DNA of 64,000 nucleotides from Podarcis vaucheri. Lineage: Eukaryota. This document shows positions 10,636 through 21,172 of this stretch, piece after piece. Location: the NCBI GenBank assembly GCA_965113315.1, contig OZ220375.1; one strand, given 5' to 3'. The notes below the pieces were generated by a model that did no database searches, was not told the origin of the DNA, and was given only the letters and a program-made list of their open reading frames with translations. Positions within the stretch are counted from its first letter, which is position 1, and the number at the start of each line of letters is the position of its first letter. A program made the position numbers and the translations under genes.

Positions 10636-13600
10636 ACATTAAATACATACACATTGCCCGGAAAGTTGTCTGTGGACAAGCGGCGGCTCCCTCAGCCTGA
10701 AGAGAGATGAGCACCACACCCCATAGTCACCTTTGACTGGATTTAACCATCCAGGGGTCATTTACCTTTACCTTTTTATCTACACAGATACATACAGTGA
10801 GGGGGGGGAGAGAGATGGAGGGGGAGAGAGAGGCGGGGGGGAGAGAGAGGGAGAGAGAGAGAACTCGCTACTTACATTCAACTTGTGGGTACAGTGGTAC
10901 CTTGGCTTACAGATGCTTCAAGTTACAGACACTTCAGTTTACAGACTCCGCTAACCCAGAAATAGTACCTCGGGTTAAGAACTTTGCTTCAGGATGAGAA
11001 CAGAAATCGTGCTCCGGTTGGTGCAGCGGCAGCGGGAGGCCCCATTAGCTAAAGTGGTACCTCAGTTTAAGAACAGTTTCAGGTTAAAAACGGACATCCA
11101 GAACGAATTAAGTTCTTAACCTGAGGTACCACTGTACTGCATTCGTAATACTCTCTGGTGTTCATCCTATTACCTAAAACATTCTATTCTGATATTTATG
11201 GACAGACCCGGCCCATTTCTATATGCAATGATCATTGCAGTTCAGGTTACAGTCGATCCAAGAAGGAAGGGAAGCCATTTTGTTGCTATGATTGCTTTAC
11301 ATGTCCAGAAGGAAAGATTTCCAACCAGAAAGGTAAGAAAGGTTTTTAAATGTTATATATAGATGTATGTATGCCACCTATTTCAAAGATGATTTTGACC
11401 CTCCCTAGGGTATATAAATGTTCAAGAGGGCCACTCTGGGCTACTAATGAATTTTGTGTTTTATTTAATCTGTATATGCTCTCAGCTCAGCTAAAGCCTT
11501 ACCAAGCAAACAGAGCCCTTTCTGTCATCAAAACACGCTTTCCGATCTGCTTAAACCATGAACCAGAACTTTCTTGTCAAAATCTCTCCTCTATTTCACT
11601 GATCACCTTCATCATAACAGCTGCAGTAACAGCTGCAGTTCAGAAAGTGTAGAAACACCAATTCTAGTCTCATACCCTTCAACATTTCTCTGATAAAAAT
11701 AGGGATGTCCTATACCATAATAGTAATAATAATAACCTTACTATTTATACCCCATCCATCTGACTGGGTTGCCACCCTGGGTGGCTTCTAATATATATAA
11801 AGCATGATAAAACATTAGACATTAAAAAAAACTTCCCTATACAGAAGGCTTGGGGGGGGGTCAGATAACTCCACACCCTACAACATTTCTCTGCTGAAGA
11901 TAGGGACATCCCACCATACCCTCCAACATTTCTCCTATGAAAATCGGGACGTCCTAAGGGAAAGTGGGGCATTCTGGGATCAAATCAGAAACCAGGATGG
12001 TGTTAGGGATGTGTAAATTGATCTCTCTACACACAGAGAAGCCTTGACACTGCGATGGTTTTATGGTCCTTATTTATTGCTGTTTATACAACCCGGGTGG
12101 GAGCCCGCGTAAATCAGTCTTCCTCGGAGCTGTCAGTTGGGAGCACTGACTTCCTCTTCCGTCTAAAACACAGAAAGCGTGGGATCTTTATGACATTTTC
12201 CCTGCGTTCCCAAAGTCTCCCAAGATGCCTTGAGTGCAGAAATTCATGCATCTGCTCCGCCTCTGACCCTGAACTTAACCCTTGCAACGCCTGTGAATCT
12301 GCCTGTTCTCTCTCCTGTGTCTCTTCTTCCTGCGTTCCCTCCCAGACCAAGTCCTCCTCCCCCTGCATGGGCTGGGAATACCAATAGCCCCTGCTCACTC
12401 CATTGCCTCCTTCCCCTTCAGAAACACCATCTTCAATCCCATCCTCCTGCCTCTCATACAGCTCAGTCTCACGGGTGTGCTCTGAGGGCACCCTGATAGA
12501 TGGCTTCTGTAAAGCGGGGACATCCATGGAAAATAGGAACACTTGGAGGGACTGTAGCCTGATGAAATTTAGTTGTATTCCACCAAAATACTGAAGTAGT
12601 TTATGAAGTGTGCAGCTATTTGCATTATTTCCACAAATATGACACTGAATCAGAGATGGTCAGATGTGAGGGGAGCAATGTGGCCTAGTCTACATGAGCC
12701 AACAGACACTTGCCTTTTGGGAAGAAAGGACAGAACAAGAGAGGCAATCAAGGACCACATCAGGGCCTAGTTCAGTTGGCTAAAGACAGGGCTAACTGAA
12801 GAAACAAACATCTGGTGCCTGCTGCTGGCTGGTTCAATAGGCTGGTTATTTTGCTTTGTGATCTGCTGTGTTTTCTAAATGTTGTTGACTGCTTTGAAGA
12901 GTCGAGTAAAGAAGTAGGATATAAAACAAAAGGCTGTGGAAGCGTTTCACCCTACTACCAATGAACTCCAAAAGTCTGCAGTAAACATATTCTTTGTTTG
13001 TTTGTTTGTTTTAGACATGGATGACTGTTTTCAATGTCCAGAAGATCAGTACCCAAACCTTGGGCAGGTTATATGTCTTCCAAAAGACATAAGCTTCCTG
13101 TTTTATGATGAACCTCTGGGGATCAGTTTGGTCACGCTTGCTCTTTTATTGACTTTCATTACAGCTTTGGTGCTTAGGATCTTCATCAAGCACAAAGACA
13201 CTCCCATAGTCAAAGCCAACAATCAGACCCTCACCTATGTTCTCCTCCTAGCCCTCGTTCTCTCCTTCCTTTGTCCTTTGCTATTCATTGGCCAGCCCAC
13301 AAAAATAACATGTCTCCTTCAACAAACTGCTTTTGGAGTCATCTTCTCAGTAGCAGTGTCTTGCATCTTAGCAAAAACAACTATAGTGGTTCTAGCTTTC
13401 ATGGCTACCAAGCCAGGCTCCAGAATGAGGAGATGGGTGGGGAAACAACAGGCTACCTCCATTGTTCTTTTCTGCTCCCTGATTCAAGCCATTATTTGTA
13501 GTGTGTGGCTGGCAACGTCTCCCCCATTCCCAGATTTGGATATGCACTCTGTGACTAAAGAAATTGTTTTGGAATGTAATGAAGGGTCAGTCACCATGTT

Positions 13601-13916
13601 CTACAGTGTCTTGGGCTTCATGGGCTTGCTAGCCATTGTCAGCTTCACTGTGGCTTTCCTAGCCAGGAAGTTACCAGACAGTTTTAATGAAGCCAAGTTC
13701 ATCACCTTCAGCATGTTGGTTTTTTGCATTGTGTGGCTGTCCTTTGTTCCAACCTACCTGAGTACCAAGGGAAAGTACATGGTGGCTGTGGAGATCTTTT
13801 CTATTTTGGCCTCTAGTTTTGGGTTACTGGGCTGCATCTTCTTCCCCAAATGTTATATCATTTTGCTGAGGCCAGAGTTAAACAGCAGGGGACAGCTTAT
13901 TATAAGAAAGAGTTAA
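5227..13916 (+). CDS. V2R gene B (beta subfamily), intact vomeronasal type-2 receptor, about 876 aa
   Basis: Exons 5227-5447, 6301-6592, 7835-8695, 9789-10016, 11206-11332, 13015-13916; total 2631 nt in frame; signal peptide, Venus flytrap, nine-Cys domain, 7TM. Confidence 0.95.
6301..6592 (+). CDS. V2R gene B exon 2
   Basis: 292 bp, [15 protein letters not shown]...LPNVTLGF...KIPQ. Confidence 0.93.
7046..7410 (+). mobile_element. Sauria SINE (Squam1)
   Basis: gggacgcgggtggcgctgtgg head, gttcgaatcc B box, (ACCTTT)n tail; direct repeat aggtggaagtag at 7031 and 7411. Confidence 0.9.
7835..8695 (+). CDS. V2R gene B exon 3
   Basis: 861 bp, [10 protein letters not shown]...[13 protein letters not shown]...PWQ|gt. 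Confidence 0.93.
9190..9330 (-). mobile_element. Degenerate tRNA-derived SINE (Squam2-like)
   Basis: ggggattgaacctggaaccttctgca is the reverse of the B-box head; shared with gene F intron 3. Confidence 0.65.
9789..10016 (+). CDS. V2R gene B exon 4
   Basis: 228 bp, [12 protein letters not shown]...FDIINW...FNQ. Confidence 0.92.
10346..10775 (+). mobile_element. Sauria SINE with internal (CAT)n run
   Basis: Diverged head, ctagcagtttgaaagca core, tttaccttta tail; (cat)n about 10600-10634. Confidence 0.85.
10892..11134. mobile_element. Tc1/mariner MITE
   Basis: ta|cagtggtacct...aggtaccactg|ta. Confidence 0.9.
11206..11332 (+). CDS. V2R gene B exon 5
   Basis: 127 bp, PISICNDHC...[17 protein letters not shown]. 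Confidence 0.92.
11671..12554. mobile_element. Non-autonomous TIR element with nested L2 tail and solo LTR
   Basis: Imperfect TIRs catacccttcaac / cttggagggactg; absent at the matching site in gene F intron 5 (about 50105). Confidence 0.6.
12001..12498 (-). mobile_element. Solo LTR (Gypsy/ERV-like)
   Basis: tgttaggg...ccctgata termini, 5-bp TSD gatgg (11996 and 12499), minus-strand AATAAA near 12075. Confidence 0.75.
13015..13916 (+). CDS. V2R gene B exon 6 (7TM)
   Basis: 902 bp open to TAA. Confidence 0.95.
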
Positions 13917-14050
13917 AGCATAAATAAGTCTATTTGATGTAGCAAATCATAACTGGACTAAATCTCCTTGAATTCATTTTTCTTCATCTCAGAATGCCTC
14001 AAGCCAACAAAACTGTTCTCCAAAGCCAGCAGAACAGCCCTGACAAATTA

Positions 14051-14289
14051 CAGTGGTACCTCGGTTGTCGAATGTAATCCGTTCTGGAAGACCTTTGACT
14101 TCCAATACACTAGACAACCAAGGTGCGGCTTCCAATTGCTTACAAGAGCTTCTAGCACTCAGTGGAAGCCACGTCAGACGTTAGACATCCGAGGTACATT
14201 CAATAATGGAAAAAATTACTTCTGGGTTTTCGGCATTCGAGAACTGAAACAGTCAACAACAGAGGCATTTGGGAACCAAGGTACCACAG
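14051..14289. mobile_element. Tc1/mariner MITE
   Basis: ta|cagtggtacctcgg...aaggtaccacag|ta. Confidence 0.85.
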
Positions 14290-14439
14290 TATCTCATGTA
14301 TCCTAGACTGAGAGAGCTGACTACATATTTTGGAAACTCCATTATTTACAAGGTCTTCTATTTCTTACTTCTAACTTCACCTGTACACTACTGGTCCATT
14401 TTTATCTAATGAAAGGAAATTTAAAATTGCACTTCTGAG

Positions 14440-14665
14440 TATGTGACAAATACATTTTCTTCAGCAATTCCAGAGGGAATTCTTAGCACTGGATGAATAA
14501 TTACATTGCTTCTTGATGATTAACAGGGCTATAATTTGAGTCTGATTTTGGATGCTCCCAAATTGCGTCATTTTGGGAAAATAAACTACCATTTAAACAA
14601 GACAATTTTAACTCAGAAAAGAGAAAACGTGGTTTCTGCATAGAACAGTTGCCTTTGTATTGAGA
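14440..14665 (+). promoter_or_regulatory. Putative promoter of V2R gene C
   Basis: ATTCCAGAGGGAAT 14467-14480 (EBF-like), TAATTA 14498, ctataa; near-identical upstream of D. Confidence 0.5.
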
Positions 14666-14883
14666 ATGGTGGTTTTAGTGGTCTTGCTTCTGGAACTGTT
14701 TTCATACAAAGTATGTCAGTCTCACATAGCAAAATGCAGGCTTCAAGATCCACACCGTCCACTTCACATGTATCATCAGCCAGGAGAGTTCCTCATTGGT
14801 GGCATTGTTTCCCATGGTGGTTTCATCTCCTCTCCAGCAAAATTCACTGAGGAACCCCCACCAGCACTGCCTGAAGAGCTTGT
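14666..14883 (+). CDS. V2R gene C exon 1
   Basis: [13 protein letters not shown]..., [12 protein letters not shown]; GT|gtgaga. Confidence 0.88.
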
Positions 14884-15125
14884 GTGAGAACTAAGTCAGT
14901 CATTCATTACAGCAGAGGAATGATCAAACCAAGAGCTTCAGCCTCAGAATAATGACTGAGGCTGCAAACTTCAACCCATTTACCTTGAGATAACCACTTT
15001 TGATTTCAGTGGGACATATGCTGATGCAAAAATCCATAGGAATCTCTTGTGAATTAAGAGAATCCTGTTGAAGCTCCCATTTCTCAATAGGGAAATGAAT
15101 ATAAATGTATTGAAATGTATACATA

Positions 15126-15188
<63 letters not shown>

Positions 15189-18100
15189 CCTTTTGAAAAG
15201 CCAGTTTTGATAGACTTTATCTGAACAGGAGTGTTAGTGAGAATGAATTAAAAGAACCTGTTCTGAACCTGAATGCTCATATCGTTTCATTTTCTGATCT
15301 TAGGCTAAAGTTTGTTTCACAATGATGGTATATATTATGAAGCATAGAATTCTGTGAATTACAACAACCATCACTGCTTCATGAATAGGAAAGGGGTCAT
15401 TGCAGGAGAGAGCCGTGGCGGCAGCAGGAGGCCCCATTAGCTAAAGTGGTACCTCAGGTTAACAACAGTTTCAGGTTAAGAACAGACCTCCAGGACAAAT
15501 TAAGTTATTAACCTGAGGTACCACAGTATCTCAAGGGCTGTCACCAGGAAGATTAACTATTGTGCTGATATGTAAAATTATATATCAGTTCCTTCTGATA
15601 TTGTTTACAACTCTCATTCTAGGGTGGTGCCTAAGGTATGTAAAATGATATACCGGTATATGTTCCTTCTGATGCCATTTGCAACTCTCATTCTAGGGTG
15701 GTGCCTAAGCTTTACCAGCACATCGTGGCCTTGGCATTTGCAGTCAAGGAGATCAATGAAGACCCTCACATCTTACCCAATATCACCTTGGGTTTTCACT
15801 TGTATGACAGCTATAACAATGCAAGGAGCACATATCTTGCCACACTGCTGCTTTTATCCAGGGTGGAGAAATTTGTCCCAAACTATATATGTGATGTTGA
15901 AAATAATCTGGCAGGGGTCATTGGGGGACTTGATTCTGAAATCTCCTTTTATGTAGCAACTGTTTTGGATATCTATAAGATTCCACAGGTAGGACACCTA
16001 TGTATAATACCTCTATTAGCTTACATAGAGAAAGAGGCTGAATTCACAGCACCAGTTCAGGGTGTATCACCAATTCAGGGTGAGAATGAAATCTGGAACA
16101 GAACCAGTTCCTTGGAAAATACAGAAGGTACAGAATTAAAATAAGATAAAAATTACCTGAATAAGGGGAAAGAAACGCTGCAATACCAGAAAAAAATATG
16201 TCACACCCCCAATCTCTTACATACACCTCAAGGACACTGATATCCCAAAGGCCACTGAATGTTTAGGGGGAAAGGGTTTTCAAATTAAACACACTCTGGA
16301 AGTATGGCAAATTGCAGATACAGTGGTACCTCAGGTTTCATATGCTTCAGGTTATATACACTTCAGGTTACAGGCTCCAGAAACCCAAAAATAGTGCTTC
16401 AGGTTAAGAACTTTGCTTCAGGATGAAAACAGAAATCGTGCTCCGGCAGTGCAGCAGCAGCAGGAGGCCCCATTAGCTAAAATGGTGCTTCAGGTTAAGA
16501 ACAGTTTCAGGTTAAGTACGGACCTCCGGAATGAATTAAGTACTTAACACGAGGTACCACTGTACAGTTCAGTTCTGCAGGAGAACAGTAATAGTATTGA
16601 ACAGCTGGTTCCAATTTGAAATAAATGTTCATAAGTGAAGTCTGAAAAGCCTTGAAAAGGAAAAGGCAGAAATGGAATTTGTGGCAGTTGGGGTATGTGC
16701 ATTGTGAAGACAAAAGAAGCTTCAGAGAAGGAATGTGTATCCGACCCGTGTTGCAATTCTGACATGACTACGGTAAATAATGTCTAATGCAGTGTTAGGC
16801 AATCATCTGTTTAGGGCATGGTGTGTCCCTCCAATCAGTTTTATATATCGTACAAGACCCTGCAAGTATGCATAAATTTTTGCTGTTGTTGTTGTTTTAA
16901 AAAAGCAACAATGCCCCCCCTGTCAACAGAACAAATATTTAACAAGCAGGCATGGGAGATGGCCCCAATTTTAGGCCATTTGCATGTGTATAAATGAGAA
17001 AGCAATGCAACCCCTGGTGGGTGGCAAAAGGCATATCTGACAAACAGGATTCATCACATGATGTATATGAATAGTTTGAAAGAACTCTGCAAATACTACT
17101 TTGTCTCTTCTCTTCCTCCATTCCCTCTTCAGCTCATTTATGGCTCTGCTCCAGTGATGAATGATAAAAGCCCAGGGCTTCCCTTTTACCAGATGGCAGC
17201 CTCAGAAGCCCTTCAGTATGAGGGAATTCTCTCTTTGCTTCTGCATTTCAGGTGGACGTGGATTGGAGTCATTGCAACGGACAATGAAAACGGAGAAAGA
17301 TTTGTGCAAACCATTTCCCCAATGTTTACCAAGAGTGGTGTCTGTTTTGCATTCATAGAAAGAATCCCCAATTTTAGTTTTATTTCTGAAATGTATGGCA
17401 TGCTACAACAAGCAGCCCATATACAAGATCAAATTTTTAGCAGCAAAGCTAACGTAGTCATTGCCTCTGGAGAATCTTATTCCATGGCAACTTTTAGATG
17501 GCTTTCATACCTATCAGAACATGATGACATGACAAAGAAAGTAAAAAGTAAAGTATGGATAACAACAGCCCAGGTTGAGTTTGCTTCATTTGTCTTTCAA
17601 AGGAACTGGGATTCAAGAATATTCAATGGTGCTATAGCCTTTGAAATTCACTTCAGAAACCCACCAGGATTTCATCAGTATGTTGTGCACAGAAACCATT
17701 CCAGCACAGATGGGGACGGTTTTATCAGGGACTTCTGGCAACAAGCCTTTGAATGTGTACTCCCAGATATCACTGCAGACAAGGCAGAGGGGAATATTTG
17801 CACCAGAGAAGAGAAGCTGGAGATCCTTCCTGGATCATTTTTTGAAGTGAGCATGACAGGCCATAGCTATAGCATCCACAGCGCTGTCTATGCCATGGCC
17901 CATGCTTTACATGCCATGTCCACTTCCAGATTCAGACATAGAGGAATGGCGTACGGAGGGAGAGGGAAGAATCTGAATCAACAGTCTTGGCAGGTAAAGG
18001 CTGAATATTCTCAAATGGCAAAGCCCTGTTACTTCCTGACACTTTTTGTGTTCCCAAAAGCCTATGAACTTGTTCTTTCCTCTCAGAGTTCAAACGTTTG

Positions 18101-21010
18101 AGCAGGTGTATTAGGAAGAAGAACACAGAACTGAATTTATAATTCTGCAGACAGAGTAGGAGATGGCACTGATATGATAGTATCCTAGATAATTCCCCAC
18201 ATATTGTGCTGCTGCAAATGACAGTAGGCCCTATAGAAAAGGGAAATGATAGTGGTGTCCTTCCTTCAGTAGGTACTGCCCTGTGTTTGAGCAGAAAGCA
18301 TTTGTATGAGGGAAGCTTTGCAGTCCAATGATATCCCATTCCATTCAAAGATTGGTTTCAGATCATCTCCGTTGCCAAATGTTTCAGCTCCGAAACGTCG
18401 AAAACCCGGAAATAAGTGTTCCGGTTTTCAAACTGGTATTGAAAGAGGGAATCGGAAGCCACGCCTTGGAAATCGAATGTTTTAGAAGTCAAAAGTCCTT
18501 CCAGAATGGATTCAATTTGAATTCCAAGGTTTGACTGTACTGTCCCATGTTTGAAGAAAAAGCATTTGTATGAGGGAAGCCTTACAGCCCAGTGAGGTGC
18601 CGCTGCATTCATATATAGGAAGCTGTGGTAACGGTTAAGAAAGATGATCAGCATTCCCTCTATCCCATATCAACCAAATCCTTCCTTAGAACAGGTGTTC
18701 ACACACCACTGCAGTGTCTTCTGAGATGTTCAGGGAGACAAGGGAGGGGAGGGGAGGAGAGAGAGAGACCTCACTACATACACATATTAGACTTATGGGC
18801 TAAATAAAGGGTTGTTAGAAAGATTGAGAGAGAGGTATGTGTGTGAAAGAAAACTGATAGGCTCTCTCCCTGCTTGGACCTGAATCCACTGACAGTTCAT
18901 TGAATCATCCCCCACCACTTGCTGTAGGTTCTGCTCCTAGGGAAAAATGCTGCAGTCTTTTCCAAAACCCTGTCTTTTCTGTTTTCAATCTAGCTCCATC
19001 ACTTTCTGAGAAATATCTCATTTAACAATACGGCAGGAGATGTGGTCTTCATCAACCAGAATGGAGAAGCAGCATCTAGCTTGGATATTGTCAACTGGAT
19101 TATATTCTCCAACCAAAGTTTGCACCGAGTGAGAGTTGGGAGGATAAATCCGCAGGCTCCTCCAGACCAATCATTACTCCTTGATGAAGATGCCATCACA
19201 TGGCACAGTTGGTTTAACCAGGTAGGGTTGCATTGTTTGCTAATTCAAAAGAGATTCAGTATTGAATAAGGAATCATTATCCACCTGCAAGTCTACTCAC
19301 TGTCTTTTGAGTTGTAAATTGATGAGTGGTGTATGACCAAAGCATCCAGGTACCAGATTAAGAGCCAAAAGTTTGCTGCTAGAAGACCAATATTTTATTA
19401 AGGAGGTTACAAAACAGAACCCTTTTACTAAAAAATAAAGTTAAGCATGGCTAACAGTGTAAATATGTCTTATGGGGTTGCTAGTTGAGATGAAAATAAC
19501 AAAAGCTAGGTTATCTAAGCCTAATCCCAACCATTCACAGACCACACTACAAGCTGCATCCATGGAAATGTGGGTTTTGCATCACACAATCCTTCATCTG
19601 AATGTGCGCCATTAGGTCCAGATCAAATATCAGTTTTTCTATGAAAGGGCCTGGAGACAGGAAGGCAAGTTTTCTTTCAGTCAAATGCAGCCTCTGGGTA
19701 CATTCCCCCAGCACAAGAGGGGATACATGCTCAGAGACCATGAAGCTACAAAGTGGATTTCTTCACAATCATTGTGACCTTGAAGCAACAATATATCAAA
19801 CAATGCAGACAAGTGGTAAGTTCGACTAATTAAATGGATTATTTTTTTCCACTGGAAGACTTCAACTAGAATCCTAAATAGAAAAAGAAAATTATTGTAA
19901 AATAAACCAAAGCAATTGGGATTTCTTTACGCTTATTAAATACTGATTTCTGACAGAGTGAAACATGATGTAAAATTTGATAAGCCCCAGGATTTGGTCT
20001 TTCTTGCTAGAAAGGTGGGAAAAGGAGGCAAAATAATACCAGAGGAAGAAACTGAGAGCAGACAGCAGCAGGTGTGTTCTCCTGCACCTCAGGGTGCAGG
20101 TGGAAGAGTGAAGGACTGATATGAGAAGAAAGGTATGAAGAGCAAGAGAGCATTAGGAATGGAAGCATCAATCTTTAAAAAAGGAGTGATCTCAAAATTA
20201 GTTTTTAAATGTATTATCAGGGACTGGGTAGAGGAGGAATGGTGGAGACCACTTCCCCAGCCTGACCCTTCCAGAGAAGAAGAAGAAGACAGTTCAGAAT
20301 TACAACAGGGGTTTAATGGAGGTCCCAGCTCAAAGGAAGGGGGGGGAGAGTTGGGAAATATTGGGGGAAGAGGAGGAGGCAGAGCTGGAGCAGCTGGCTG
20401 ACACTTTATCACTAGAAAGCATTCCAGGCCCACCATCTCCCAGATCCCGGCAAGCCTTAAAAGAGTGAGAGCAAAGGTCTTGAAGACAGATGGCACTAAG
20501 TGGCAACCATAGGCAGGGTACTGTTGCTGAATGAGGATGTGGGAGAGAAGGGGGCTGGAGATTTACTGAGGACAATGCCATTATTCCAAGAGGCTGCATT
20601 CCCAAGCCTCTCTCTGTAAATATTGAATAACAAGTAGATGGTAAGGACTTTTCCTTTTCTCATCCATTCCTGGCAACCTGCAGTGGGACTTGGTTCCCCT
20701 GCTGCCTGCCAGGTATATTTTGTTCTTAACCTACTGAGAATTGTGTTGCAGCTTACCAAAGAAGTGTCATAGGTTTTGGATAGCTTCATTCCAATTCATG
20801 TATTTGTCCAGAATATTTTCGTATTGGAATTCACAAAGATTGCGTTCCTCAAAAATAATAATTATTATTATTGTTATGTTTATTTGTTTATTTATTTATT
20901 TATTTATTCATTCATTCATTTTCCGCCTATCTAGCTGGGTTTCCCCAGCCACTTTGGGCAGCTTCCAACAAAATCTTAAAATATAATAGTCCGTTAAACA
21001 TTAAAAGCAT

Positions 21011-21054
<44 letters not shown>

Positions 21055-21106
21055 CACCCAATCTGGGTGGGTTTCCCCAGCCATTCTGCATTCCTCAAAA
21101 AAAATG

Positions 21107-21172
<66 letters not shown>

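Noticed and set aside
5227-13916. Assignment to CASR, GPRC6A, TAS1R or a specific Vmn2r ortholog
   Set aside because: Tandem multi-copy array, short C-tail and [11 protein letters not shown] motif fit lineage-expanded V2Rs; one-to-one orthology cannot be claimed, so no symbol is given
19602-19829. Intronic ORF conserved between C and D (32661..32888)
   Set aside because: Similarity reflects recent duplication; the gene A copy has an in-frame TAG near 481
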